Source: Phyllosticta citribraziliensis
Lineage: Eukaryota
DNA: 64,000 nt
Direction of reading: 5' to 3'
NCBI RefSeq assembly: GCF_038025025.1
Contig: NW_027117338.1
Location: forward strand, 3,038,001 to 3,102,000
How positions within the stretch are numbered: position 1 is the first letter of the stretch; every line of letters starts with the position of its first letter. Below the pieces are notes generated by a model. The model did not search any database. It worked only from the letters and a program-made list of their open reading frames with translations, and was not told the origin of the DNA. Shown here piece by piece: positions 31,630-43,681 of the stretch. A program made the position numbers and the translations under genes.

Positions 31630-34146
31630 ATGTCGTTTGTCACGACGAGCACTACTCCTCCGACGTCCCCACCCACGCCGAACGGGTCCTTTGCGCGCCC
31701 CGCCACGTCCTCTGCGAACCCTTCTTTCCAGCAGACAGTGCAAGACTCGGACGAGACGGCCTACAGCATTGATTTCGACGCGTTGCTCGGAGCGAAAGGC
31801 TCGGATGATGACCTCACGGAAGAGGTTCCCGTCGACGTAGTGCGCAGCGACGATGTGGACGGGCCGAGCGATTTCACGCAAAACATGGAGGCTTGGATGA
31901 GAGGAGAACTGCCAAAAGAGAAGCCGGACGACACAACACCGAAGCAAGCAAAGTATCAAGACAAGGCTGCCGGCGTCGACGCGATGGATCACGCGGTTCA
32001 GCCACGCCCGCCTGTCGACTCGGGCGCAGGCGCAGAGACGTACATGAGCGATACCGAAGCAGACGAGAGCGATTCAGAAGAAGAAGAAGAGCAGCATGAA
32101 TCGGCGCACGCAGCGATGGAGGATCTCAAGGGCTACGTCGTTTCCGAGGAGGGCGAGGCTGTGGAGAACGCGTCGCGGCGCGCGTCCATTGATCAGCAAC
32201 TGGACATTCTGTCCAGCATGGACGATGTCGACGAGGAAGAATACAGGTCGCCTTCGGCGTCGCCGAATCCCCCGCCGAACCAAAATGACGCGCAGCAGGC
32301 ACCAGCACCGGTGTCGAGACTGTCGTTCCTACAGCCCACGGTGGAGGACCACGAGGACACTCCGTCGCCCCGAAGCGCGCGCCCCAGCCCCCATATCGCG
32401 AGGCAGAGAACGCCAGAGGTCTTCGTGGAGGACTTTGGAGACGCGTCCCAGAAGCAAGACGTAGTCGACCGATCGCCGCTGTCACGTATCGGGTCGCGCA
32501 TGAGGAAGACACCTTCGCCTAAGAGAAAAACGGACCCGTCTGATGGAGAGTCGGGTGACGACAGAGAAGACTTGGTTTCACAAATCAATCGCCTGGCGCG
32601 GCAACTCGAGGATCAAAAGACTAGCTTCGGGTCGAGAATACAATCACTCGAGTACCAGCTTGAAAACTCCCGCTCCGACGCCTCAATGGCGCGTGAGAAT
32701 GAGCAGCGCCGTATCAACGATCTCCAAAAGCAACATGGTGACAATGTCACAGACATCGAGGGGCATTGGCAAGGCCGCATCAAGTCTGCGACTGAGAGGT
32801 ATCGTCAAGATCTAGAGGAGCAAAAGGCCGCTTTTGCCCTGGTGAAGTCAAGCTTTGAATCACGCCTGTCCGCGACAGAGGGCGCTCTTCAATCCCAGCT
32901 TGCACAGAAAGAGGCAGAGCTTGAGGCGGAGAAGAGTAGGCATGCTCAGGAGAAAGAACAGACTCGTGTTGGCCATGAAGCTAGAGTTTCAGCGCTTGAA
33001 GAGAATGTCGGGGCGCTTCAAAAGCAGCTGGCCAAGCAGGAACAGTCACCAGCACCTACGCCAACGTCAAACACCACGACCGACGCGCAGGTGCCTTCTC
33101 AGCGCGAGCGGGAGCTCGAGCAGCAGGTTGCTCAGGAAAAGGCCAGCTCCACTGCACGCATTGCCGAACTCGAAGCTCGCCTCAGCACCTCCCAAGCCCA
33201 GCTCGAAGCTGTGCGCACTGAATCCTTGGCCAAAGACTGTGCCGACGAGTCGCACAAACACACCTCCGATCTGCTTGCGGCCTCCAAATCGCAAATCACC
33301 GACCTCGAATCGAGCCTCTCGCTCCTTCAGAAGCAGCTCGCGCTGGCCCGCGATGAGATCACCTCCCTCCGGCGCGACGCGGACACCGCCCGCGAATCGG
33401 CTCGCGTACTGCGCGAAGAGCTGTCCGAATCGCAGCTTCTTGCGTCTGACAAGTCGCTCCGGGTGGAAACATTGTCGGCGGCGCTTGAAGAGGAAAGGAG
33501 CAGGGGCGTCGCGGCGCGGGACGTGGAGCGAATGCTGGAAAACGTGCGCGCCGAACTGAACGACGAGCGCAAGATGAACGCAAAGAGGACTGCGGCGTTG
33601 GAGGCACAGGCGAAGAAGGCGCGAGAAGAGAAGGAACGGGCGGTCGCGGACATGCGCAGGCGGGCTGAGGAGGCAGTGCGGAAAGCGGCGGGCATGCTCG
33701 GTGCGGAGAGGAGCGAAAAGGACGAGTTGAAGAAGGCGATGGAGGCGTTCAAGACCGAGGTCGATCAACTGAGGGGACGCATCGAGAGCAAAAAGGACAA
33801 GCTGGCGAGCCAGGCCGAAGGCGCGGCCAAAGACGAAGAGATGGAGAATGTCAGGAAGGCACTGAGGGAGCAGAGCCTGGCAGTTAAGAAGGCCAAGGAG
33901 CTGCTCAGGACCAAGGACGAAGAGATGAGGGTGTTGAGAGAGGATCATGAGACGGTGAACCGGGCCATGGATGAGCGGATACAGGAGATGCTCAGGGCCA
34001 AGGAGGACGAGTGGAGGGCAAAGTACGACGCGCTGTTGAAGGAGAAGAAGGCCTTGGGGAGAGCCCTCATGCAGGAGTGGGGACGAGAAGAGTGCGGCCA
34101 GGCGACTCCGCAAAAGTATCGCTACAAGTTTGTCCAGAGAGCATAG
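31630..34146 (+). CDS. Long coiled-coil protein, probably SnaD-like spindle pole body-associated protein
   Basis: Acidic N-terminus with DGPSDFTQNM, about 500 aa of heptad-rich E/K/R/L sequence, C-terminal ALMQEWGREECG..PQKYRYKF recalled from SnaD-like proteins. Confidence 0.7.
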   Translation: MSFVTTSTTPPTSPPTPNGSFARPATSSANPSFQQTVQDSDETAYSIDFDALLGAKGSDDDLTEEVPVDVVRSDDVDGPSDFTQNMEAWMRGELPKEKPDDTTPKQAKYQDKAAGVDAMDHAVQPRPPVDSGAGAETYMSDTEADESDSEEEEEQHESAHAAMEDLKGYVVSEEGEAVENASRRASIDQQLDILSSMDDVDEEEYRSPSASPNPPPNQNDAQQAPAPVSRLSFLQPTVEDHEDTPSPRSARPSPHIARQRTPEVFVEDFGDASQKQDVVDRSPLSRIGSRMRKTPSPKRKTDPSDGESGDDREDLVSQINRLARQLEDQKTSFGSRIQSLEYQLENSRSDASMARENEQRRINDLQKQHGDNVTDIEGHWQGRIKSATERYRQDLEEQKAAFALVKSSFESRLSATEGALQSQLAQKEAELEAEKSRHAQEKEQTRVGHEARVSALEENVGALQKQLAKQEQSPAPTPTSNTTTDAQVPSQRERELEQQVAQEKASSTARIAELEARLSTSQAQLEAVRTESLAKDCADESHKHTSDLLAASKSQITDLESSLSLLQKQLALARDEITSLRRDADTARESARVLREELSESQLLASDKSLRVETLSAALEEERSRGVAARDVERMLENVRAELNDERKMNAKRTAALEAQAKKAREEKERAVADMRRRAEEAVRKAAGMLGAERSEKDELKKAMEAFKTEVDQLRGRIESKKDKLASQAEGAAKDEEMENVRKALREQSLAVKKAKELLRTKDEEMRVLREDHETVNRAMDERIQEMLRAKEDEWRAKYDALLKEKKALGRALMQEWGREECGQATPQKYRYKFVQRA

Positions 34147-34367
34147 TACGTGGTGGTCTGAACATCGGAGTAGGACGGCAGGCCCGCCGCAATATATTTA
34201 TTTAACGCTGCACACGACACTTCTCCAAACCCGATCCTGAACTTGACCAAAAAGACTTCTTTTCTCCCAATGCGGTCGAGACATCCAAAACACGTCCGTC
34301 CTCTTGGACCCCAACGCCAAAGAAAAATGCACCCGCGTCTCGAAACGACGCAGCCTGGTTCTTCTGT

Positions 34368-34836
34368 TTACAGCAAGCCCTTCCGCGCCAACTCGATCTT
34401 GCGCAGCGCCTCGCCCTCCTTGAAGCCACCCTTGCTCGCGCAAATGGCGATGCCGTCGCCCAGCTCGACCTTGTCTTCGACGGCGGGAAAGGCGCAGGGG
34501 CAGTGGTGCGGGAAGTGGACGCAGGCCAGCGTGCCCGGGCAGAGGTACTTGTCGCAGTGAGCTGAGGGCGAGATGCGTTAGCACTTCCTTTCCTTTGCTT
34601 TCTCTCCCCTCCCGTTGTTTCCTCTAGGAGCACAAATGGCCGTACGCACCGCCTTCGTATTGCTGCTGGTACCAGCCCGAGTCGCTCGGCACGTTCTGCG
34701 CCTGCTGGTGGTGGTGCTGCGCGTGGTGGCCGCCGCCGCCGCCGCCGCCGAACATTTGCTCGAAGAACTGGAATTGCGCCGACGCGCTGAGCGCGAGGCT
34801 CAAGACGAGGATCGCCAATTGCATCGGCGTCGGCAT
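34368..34836 (-). CDS. LCL2: Long chronological lifespan protein 2; exons 34836 (or 34824)-34650, 34561-34368
   Basis: Signal peptide then [18 protein letters not shown] and, after an 88-nt intron, [40 protein letters not shown]. Confidence 0.92.
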
Positions 34837-35245
34837 CGTGGGAAGTGGAGGGAGGTGTGTCGTCTTCGTCTGGTGGGTGGGTGGTGATGCTGGGAGCTTG
34901 GATAGGTACCGAGCTCGACCAGTGAAGCTGGGTGGCCTTTTGCGATTGGTCCGTTGGTTGGCGCGGGAAGGGCTGCAGGGATCTCGGACGAGACGGGGGT
35001 CCTGGCTGTCTTGCCGCAAGACACCGCCGGCGCCCGGGTTGTTCCACGCCGCTGAGATTTCGCAGCTGCAAGAACCGTCATCCATCAAGTGTTGTATATC
35101 GTCAAGGCCTCTTCACTATCCAACACCAGCGCATCCTCCCTCCACATCCTCCCAGTCCACCCCGCCGCCTCGCCCACCAATCTTCACGTGAGCTCCAGTC
35201 CTGCCCCAGCGGTGGAGACGTCCCCGACTGATTTTGCCATACAGC

Positions 35246-35599
35246 ATGCATCTCATGTACACTCTCGACGCCGAGGGCAAGCGCGTCTACACGCTCAAGA
35301 AGGTCGTCGGCGACAAGGTGACCAAGAGCGCCCACCCAGCCCGCTTCTCGCCCGACGACAAGTACTCGCGGTATGCACGCACCCTACTCCGGACAACAGC
35401 ATCAGCTGCCACGGATAGAAGGAGAAGAAGAAGAATGCTGACCCCAATCTCTGCAGTCACCGCGTCACCCTCAAGAAGCGCTTCGGCCTGCTGCCCACCC
35501 AGCAAAGTCAGTCGACATCCCCAACCCCCATGTTGATACTTCTAGAATACCTACTGACGCTCTCCGCACGTAGACAACAAGGTCGCTGCTGTCAACTAG
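35246..35599 (+). CDS. NOP10: H/ACA snoRNP subunit Nop10; coding exons 35246-35370, 35457-35506, 35574-35599
   Basis: [49 protein letters not shown]; canonical introns. Confidence 0.95.
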
Positions 35600-36183
35600 A
35601 GTAGAAGCCCGCGCTTCTTTCTCCCTCGATTGAGATGGGACGGCGTTTTACTGTTTTTGGGATGCTTCCGTTTGGCGGTGCCCGGCGGTGGTGAAATCAT
35701 GGGTGGCGTTTGGGAAAATCTTGCTGGCTCGGCCTGCGGGCTGAGGTGTTGCCACTGCCGCTGCTGCGAGACGGCGGTAGGGAGTATGATAGGAAAAAGT
35801 ATCGTTCCGAAACTTGGGGAATGTGTTTGGCATTTGGGCAAGTCCTCTATGCGTGATGCTAAATTTGGGGTCTGGAGGCTCTGGGTCCTGTTAGGGAGGT
35901 AGATGGGATTGATGAAATTTGAAATCTGGCAGTGTTCAATGTGTACTCTGCCGTGTGTGTTGAGCACCACTAGAAGGCGCTGAGAGAGCAGCTTCATTCA
36001 CAGCGAGCAATCACATCTGAGTCCATCGAAATGAGAAAAATGGCAGTAATCATGACTTTTATTTCCCAGCAACCCCATGTCTTGTCCAAACGCCGGGAGA
36101 TGCAGAAAAAACCCAACCCAGTGTTCCCGTCTCCTGAACAATCATTTTCATCCATCCATGAGCCGTCTCGTTTCCCGAATCCG

Positions 36184-37566
36184 CTACTTCCTCTTTCTGG
36201 AGTTGACGTTTCTCCCCGCGCCAACCTTGGGCCGTCCGCCTGCCTTGCTCCTCTCGCCAGTCAAGATGCCAGGGAGATAATCCTCATCCATCAAGTCCCT
36301 CTGCTTCTGCCTCTTGATTTCGGTCATGGCCCTCTCGTACTCCCTCTGGTCCTCGGTCAAGATAAGATCGGCGCCCCAGCCCTGCGCGCCACCGCCGGCA
36401 GTGATGCGGCCACTGGCGCTCTTGCTCGCAGGCTTCGGAATGGAGTAGCGCTCGCCGCGGTTGTTGACCTGGAAGTTGCGCTTGAGGTGCAGCTTGAACT
36501 CGCCGTTGGCGCTGGTGCTGCACGACACGCGCGTCAGGCTGGGCTTGCCGCAGCGCGGGCAGAACTGCTTGTCCATCTGCTTGGTCGTCAGGAAGCACGC
36601 GTAGCACCGCAGGACGTAGCTCTTGACGTGCTTGATGCGCTGCAGCGCCGGCGACAGCAGGTTCAGCCCCATCTGCAGAATCACGTTTTGCATGGCGAAG
36701 TCGGTCGTCATGATGGCGGCTTGCATGTGTCGGGGCTCCGCGCCGGAACCTGCGCCGGCTGAGTCGTCTTCTTGCTGCTTGCGTTTGATGTTGCCGGGCG
36801 TGATCCAGCCGTCCGAGTCGGAGTCGTTTGCTTCTTGGCCTTCGGCGGGAGCTTCTGCGTCTTCTTCTGTTTGCGTGGTTTGCTGGGCGGTCTGGTCCAA
36901 ATCCACAGGCTGGGCGGTCTCTTGCGAAGGCTGCTCGGGTTGCGCGGCCTCTGGCATGATCACGGGCTCTTGGATCTCATGCTTGTCCGCGTCTTGAGGC
37001 GCATCTGAAATGTGGGTGTTTTCCAAAGCTGATGTCACCGCATCTGTTGCATCGGGTTTAGCAGGTGCTGGCGCCTCAGCGGCTGCTGGTTCGGTCGATT
37101 CTTGAGTCTCCGCTGGCTGTTCGGGCTTTTCCTCATTCTGCGTCTGCTCTTCGCCACTCGCGGATGATTTCTTTTCGCCCGCTTTGCCAGGAGGTTTGCC
37201 GTTGGTGCCCTTCTGTCCAGGAGCATTCCTCAAGCGCCAGTCTCCGCCGTTACGCTCGCATTCGATCTCGCGAGCCAGCGCGATGAGCTGAATATCCGTC
37301 GCGCTGAGAACCTGAAGGTCGCCTGTCCGGCGCGCAAAGTCTTGGACAATCTTGACCGTCTCCGGGCGAGGGTTTCGTTGCGTCAAGAACGGAAGCAAAG
37401 TCGTTTCTACCCTTGCTCTTGTGATCTCATCTCTGATTTCAGACACGACGGCTGGAATCGTGTAAAGAGCCTCTGCTTGGGCAATCAAGGTTGACACTGG
37501 CGGAGAATTTTTGATGATTGGGCCGGCGTCTATGACGAGGCTGTTGACTGGCTTTTTGGGAGCCAT
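36184..37566 (-). CDS. NOB1: 20S pre-rRNA D-site endonuclease Nob1, intronless
   Basis: PIN domain (LVIDAG, EIRDE, TGDLQVLSATD), GWITP, TTDFAMQNV, zinc ribbon LRCYACF..FCPRCG, EDQREY. Confidence 0.95.
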   Translation of the reverse strand: MAPKKPVNSLVIDAGPIIKNSPPVSTLIAQAEALYTIPAVVSEIRDEITRARVETTLLPFLTQRNPRPETVKIVQDFARRTGDLQVLSATDIQLIALAREIECERNGGDWRLRNAPGQKGTNGKPPGKAGEKKSSASGEEQTQNEEKPEQPAETQESTEPAAAEAPAPAKPDATDAVTSALENTHISDAPQDADKHEIQEPVIMPEAAQPEQPSQETAQPVDLDQTAQQTTQTEEDAEAPAEGQEANDSDSDGWITPGNIKRKQQEDDSAGAGSGAEPRHMQAAIMTTDFAMQNVILQMGLNLLSPALQRIKHVKSYVLRCYACFLTTKQMDKQFCPRCGKPSLTRVSCSTSANGEFKLHLKRNFQVNNRGERYSIPKPASKSASGRITAGGGAQGWGADLILTEDQREYERAMTEIKRQKQRDLMDEDYLPGILTGERSKAGGRPKVGAGRNVNSRKRK

Positions 37567-38737
37567 GTTTGCGGATCGCAGCTTTTGGGCGAGACAACAG
37601 CTCAGGCGGACACTCAAGCAAATATCGCGATCAGTTTCTTGTAGGTGCTGCGTGGCAAGGGCCGTGGTCGATTTTTTTGTTGGAGTTGTCTTCTGAGTCT
37701 TGAATTTTGAACCGCACAAAAGTCGTTGCCGCTAAGTTGGCACCATCACGTGTCGCTGACCAATCAGGTAACCGCTAGCCAAAAGGCACCTCATCGGGTC
37801 GCGTCTGTCGGTGCCACTGCATCTTGCTTCCCTCCGTCAAGCGCTTTGCGTAGACGCCGGGCACTCGATAATGAGGTGTCTGCGACCACACTGTTGCGTA
37901 TCCTCGGTCAATTACGGACGTCAACAACGTTGGTACCACATTAAAATCTGCAACCGACTTTGACATTCTTGGGTTTGTTCAATGGCACAGCAGCTCATTA
38001 CCAGAAACAACCTTGAAATCTTACTCCTCGACTGATTTTGGCTCATACAGTAGCCCGGACTGCTTCATGCAATCTGCTTAGCGATTTCTCCCCGCTCACA
38101 ACAATGGGCAATCAGCATTTCCTTCTTGAGAGACATTGGACTTGCCCATCGCAAAGAGACAGATGGTAGTACCAGCAGATTCTGGCTGCGACACCTTCTG
38201 TCACGTCGATGCCAGTAGCCGGCCTCCTCATGCGTGCGCCCGGGTAGTTGCAGGCGACGAACCAGAATGCGAGAATCTTCTGCCATCCGGACTTCTTGAG
38301 TAACCCACAGCGTATCATTCATCAAAGTCTTCCGTAGTCAGTTCTACTGTCATGTCACTATCCGCACATACGCAGCAGGAACAGATCAGACCGCTCTCCG
38401 TCTTTTGGCAGCCATCCAGCCAGGAAGCTGAAGACGCTCGGGGAACGGGCGCCTGCTGTAGCCATGAAGATCTTCTCCGTTTCTTCTGTATACACCAGTG
38501 ATTGTCAGGATTTGGGTCCACCTTGGGGCAGTCGGCTGGCAATTACCGCCCGCTTGCCGATGCTTTTCGACTGACACCTGCAGACAGTGGTGTAACGGCT
38601 CAAAGTGATGCTCTTGATGAATCTTGAGGCTCTGCGGCTGTATTTAAATTCAGCTTGCTTGTCCATTTCCTCATGAGACCAACAGAGAAGTGACAACCCA
38701 AGTGGACTCGAGCAGAACTATTGACTTGACAAGAACA

Positions 38738-39543
38738 ATGGTAAACAGCTTCCTTCCTTTTCCAACTCCCACTGACTGTCCGACGAAAGGCATCATTCTA
38801 CTTTCAAATCACCAATCTCTGTCAGAAGCCAAAGGTCAGACCAAGAAACACCAAGTACGGCTGGATTCCTCCATGGCAGAACAATTCCTTGGCGTCTGAA
38901 AGCCATTGCTTCTTCTTCAACGGGACCCAGGCCTTCGAAGTGGCCACGCTCCCGCCATCCAAGCAAATATACAGCACACGGTCCGTCTGTCACGACGACA
39001 GCCGCTTCTGGGCCGTCCCATACGACGCCACACAAGCATCAGTTGGATTCGACGGGCCCGACTGGCATCGCATCGGATTCAGAAAGGACTACTCAGACGG
39101 CGGCCTCGTTTCTTGGGTTGGGCTGGGAGGCAAAGACAGACGGCTGGGGAGACAGCAATACCGAGACTGGATCCACATGCTCTTTCCGGAAAACCACCAG
39201 CCGTTGGGACATGGTCGCGGCGCCGCGTGCGGTGGCCTTGGAGGGGAGCTGCCTATTCTCCTGGCGCTGATTGTGTTTTCTGCTGAACCTCGCGCGTTCT
39301 ACGCCGCTTTGGATGTGTGTATGGATTCGCGGGCTGGGCATTGGGGCGCCCATTCTTTTTCGCATGGACGTGAGTATTTTTTTTTTCCGTTCCAGATTTG
39401 ATCTGCTTGCGTCTAATGCTTGAGCAGGTTACGACGGGCGCGGTGTTGTCGTGTCAGTGTTTACCGCTGCCAACACATCTACTGCCGAAGAACTTGAGGC
39501 TTTTGAAAACGGGAGAATCTTCTTTGATGATCGCGGCGAGTGA
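38738..39543 (+). CDS. Uncharacterised ~232-aa protein; exons 38738-38740 (ATG only), 38790-39369, 39428-39543
   Basis: Two introns with GT..CTRAY..AG signals join one open frame MASFYFQIT..FWAVPYDAT..GGLGGELPILLALIVF..RGVVVSV..STAEELEAFENG; AT-rich TATTTAAA at 38641. Confidence 0.7.
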
Positions 39544-40244
39544 GGTGTTCATTCGGCTGCCTTGGATATCTCTCTCGTCTCATACTGGTAGATTGTCTCT
39601 GGCTCAGGGCGTGGAATTCTTGTTGGGTTGTTTGCCGCGCTCTCCAATCGACAATTTATTTATGGGCATCACGCGTTAAGCATCTTGTGACATGCAACTG
39701 TCCATCATACCGAGCCTCGTTAAAGCACAAATGCAGAACCTGGCTTTGGAAGAAAAGCATACTCAGCTTCGAGGGACCAACATGACCCAGAAAACTCCAA
39801 AGTGCAAGCTTCATTACGACAAGTACTTCACTTGGACTCATCGCCACACTACACACTACACCAACGCTCAATCTTCTCCCACTCCAAGCTGACCACTCTA
39901 GAGTCGACGAATCTATCAGTCTTCTGCACCGCCGCACAGTACCGCTCAGTCATTTCGTCTCATGCAACCCTGATCGTCTTTGTTTCTGCAACAGAGGCGT
40001 ACATGCAAGATGCGGGATGCCGCTGCAAGGCGCGGCGGATACGTTGCACCCGTCTGTCTGCAAGGGCCCGTGGCGGACTGGACGGGGAGCGCGGTGTCGC
40101 CGTTATTCTCTCCGCAATCTCAGATTGCACACGCTGCGCGCGTAGTGTGTATGACCGGTTTGATAGGCATTTTGTCTCTGCTGTCCGACTACATGCACGC
40201 CAGCACCAACATTCCGCGCAGTCGCTTTCTTTGTATCAGTCTCC

Positions 40245-42305
40245 TCACAGTCTGCCGCCGTCACCAACCCTCTTGGCCTGCACGCTCCTCGCAAAGACCG
40301 TTTGCGCAACCTCGGACTGGAAGAACGACACCTGATGGCCGCTCTGATCGACCCGGACAAAAGCCAACCCCCCACCCTCCCGCACGACGCCCTTCTTCTC
40401 TCCGCCCGCGCTGAGCAGCACGTCCTCCTCCGCCGCAACCCTCCACAACCCCTCCTTCCCCCCACCCCACCGCAAACTCCTCGCCACCTCCTCTCCGCCC
40501 CGCCAGTTACACGTGAAATCAGCATCGCCATGTACCAGCACCACCCGCGTCCCGTACCCCAGCACCTCCTCCAGCGCCGCGCGGAAGATGGGATACGCAA
40601 AGTCGCCGCTGTCGCCCAAGCCGCGCGCGACGATGCTGTTTTCCGCCGTGGTGTAGTTGAGATCGACGCCGAGGGCGCGCTGGATGCGCGCGCGGTTGAG
40701 GTACCGGATCAGCGTTGGGGGGCGGTCGGGGCAGGGGGTGCGACAACGGATGTCGTATACGCTGCGGCCGGAGAACGACTCGTAGGGTCCGCGGACGAGG
40801 CCGCGGCAGATGGAGAGGGCGGAGGAGCACTGCGGCGGGGAATGTTAGTGGAGAAGGGAGTGGCCAGGGGAGGGGACGTTGCGTACGAGGATGCGGCCGT
40901 GTTGGCTCTCGCGGTCGGCTTGCTCGCAGGCTTCGATGGCGTCGCGGCAGCCGTTGGGGAACTCGTAGGCTTGCTTCATGAAGGTGTAGATGGTGTCGTT
41001 GACCTGTGCGGGAACATGTTAGACTACGCTGCCACGATACCAGACTGGACTGGATGCTACTCACAGCTTTGATGCCGTACGTGTTGTTGACGGGAAACTC
41101 ATAGTACCATTTGGACTGGATCTTCGCGTCGATGAGCCCGCTGATGATGCCCAGTGTCCCCAGCTTGACCTGTGTGCCCTTGGCCGTCCCATTCGCGATG
41201 GCGCGGTTCTGGTCGTAAAAGTAGCGGTAGAATACTGGGATGTAGTGTCCGGCGTACGACTCGCCCCACATGTTGAACTCTGCGTCTTTCGATATCGTGG
41301 GGTTTAATTTGGGAAGACCGGCGAAGAACGCTTGGACGACGTCCCACGCGGCGACAGCAGCCTTTTCTGTAGTATCGTAGGCGTAGGGATCGATGTCCGC
41401 ACGGCGCCCGTTCGGATGAGAGCAGTCCTTCCACTTTTTTGTTTCCTTGTCATAGCAGCCGAGTTTCTTTTTCTGGTAGGAGAAGCCAACGCCGAGCGGC
41501 TGTGAGAGGTAGAGCATGTTTGAGTGGTTGTTCCATGAGTATTTGTTGTAGATTTCTTTCAAATCTTTGTCTATGCTGCAGGGTCCGTTGCCTGGCACAG
41601 ATTGTATGAGAATCAAGTTCAGGGGACAGACAGATTATTGGCAGAGCAAGGACACTCAATACAGGAAATTCGGTTCTTGGACTTGTGCAAGGGCTTGCAA
41701 CCAGTGTCTCCACTTACCTTGGAATAGCCCCAACAGTGAATCAGCACCTGGCCCTCCATTCAGCCTGGAGTCGATTAGCAAGTGCAGAAATTGTGAATAA
41801 ATTTGAAAATACCAAAGAGTTATCTAAAAGGCGAAACCGGTCAGTTGCGAAGAGTGAGTTGAAACAGACGCTGATGGGCTTACCGGCGCATCTTGAGGCT
41901 TGTCTCTTGCCTCGAAAAACCAAAAGAACATGTTCGTCGTGGCATTCAAGCTGATGTATCCGGAATATGATTTGACGCCCTTGGTTTGGTGTGAGCATTG
42001 TAGTTCAACTAGAACAGTCTGGCAAAATAGAGCTCAGAGCAAGGATCACGATAGCGTCACCCTGACTGCAACTTGGAAGGCATTTGTTTGCCAACGTCTT
42101 TCGAAAGCGGGCAAAGAATAGAAAGTATTACCGGAGTGGTCTCGCACAGTCCTGGCTCTTTGTACCTTATCTCTGCGCCTTTTGGCAGTTTGATGACTTT
42201 GAGATCCGTCGGCTCTTGAGGGATACCTTGGTCAAGGATACGCGTCGAATCAGGAACGCCAAACGTGAACAGCAAGAGCAGCGTCATCAACCAAAAGAAT
42301 ATCAT
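40245..42305 (-). CDS. Secreted serine carboxypeptidase (S10); exons 42305-42132, 41979-41884, 41823-41813, 41764-41718, 41591-41065, 41003-40887, 40829-40245
   Basis: Signal peptide, [45 protein letters not shown]; catalytic GESYAGHY (Ser), GDADFTCNW (Asp), SGHQV (His). Confidence 0.9.
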
Positions 42306-42829
42306 GATGATTCTGACAGGGCTCGAGCTAAGAAAGCGACGGCGATGCACAGCGGGACGAGAGACGTGGTATGGGCCATCGTTCATCTCGTACATGGCGC
42401 GGAAGTATCATAATCGGGCGCGGCGGAGACAGGTCGATGCGGTAAAGTTGACACATTGAGATGTTAAGCTCTTCCGCTGATTTTAAACGGCAGGGTTCCT
42501 AGCAGCGTGGAGCTTCGGGGCCGGTGGGTTGATATGGTTCCTGGAGCGGCCTTTTGGCACCTTGTTGACCCCGCGTCCGAAGTGCGATAGGGCGGCATTT
42601 GCGTGGCTGTGCCGGCTGCACTAGGGCCTGGGCAGCTTACATGGCTTTCGAAGTATTGACGAGCCTCATTCAACGTTTGGGTCTGGGGTTGAGGTGTTGG
42701 TCAAGGCCCAGAACGAGGCAAGCGTAGCCGAGGCTCGGACATGGGCCGTGGATCCTACGCAACACACCCGGAGCTCCAGCTGCTTGCATCGCTCTGAATG
42801 TACCAACTTTCCCTCCACCACTTTCCAAC

Positions 42830-43681
42830 ATGATGAATTCCACAGGAGATGAGGATCCCTTCCTCCAAGTCCAGGCGTATGTTTCCCGTCACGTCAATGC
42901 CTCGCAGAATACTGACTCGCCATAGCGATGTCCTGTCCCTCCTAAACAACACGCGTCCGCTCTTCACCTCTTACCTGCGCATCCGCTCCTCCGCCTCGAC
43001 CGCAACCTCGCCTGAGCTCGTCGAAGCACGCGAGGAGCTGGAATCCTCCTTGACAGACTTATCCGCCGACCTCCGCGACCTGATTGACAGCGTCAAGGCC
43101 ATCGAGCAGGACCCCTACCGCTTCGGCATCGAGCTCGACGAAGTAGAGCGCCGCCGCCGCCTCGTTGACGATGTCGGCCGCGAAGTCGAAGATATGCGGC
43201 GCGAGCTGCAGCGCACAGTGCAAGATGCGCAGACAAGTGGGGGCAGCGGCAAGGGTAAGGGTGTGGCTAGCAACCCAGACGTGCTGCCTGACCCCGACGA
43301 GTTTGACGAGGACGAGGACGGATACGCCATGATGGAGCAGGAGCGTCAGCAGGAGCTGATGGCCGAACAAGACACTGCGCTCGACGGCGTGTTCCGAACC
43401 GTGGGCAATCTGCGGCAGCAGGCCGACGACATGGGACGTGAGCTCGAGGAGCAGGGCGAGATGCTGAACGACGTCGATACTGTGGCTGACCGTGTGGGCG
43501 GCAAGTTGCAGAATGGATTGAAGAGAGTGGGCTGGGTAATACGGCAGAATGAGGGTAAGTGCTGCATTGGAATGGAGGTGCGGTGGCTGACCATTATGGG
43601 CCAGATCGATATTCGAGCTGCTGCATTGCAGTCTTGATATTCGTCCTCATTGTACTACTTGTCCTGCTCCTTGTACTTTGA
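42830..43681 (+). CDS. TLG1: Syntaxin-6/Tlg1-type t-SNARE; exons 42830-42876, 42926-43554, 43605-43681
   Basis: EDPFLQVQADV N-terminus, DPYRFGI..EVERRR, SNARE motif EQDTALD..MGRELEEQGEML, C-terminal TM SSCCIAVLIFVLIVLLVLLLVL. Confidence 0.92.

Noticed and set aside
39692..40335. Cys/His-containing short ORFs between the unassigned gene and the carboxypeptidase
   Set aside because: No consistent spliced frame or family; partly antisense overlap with the peptidase 3' end
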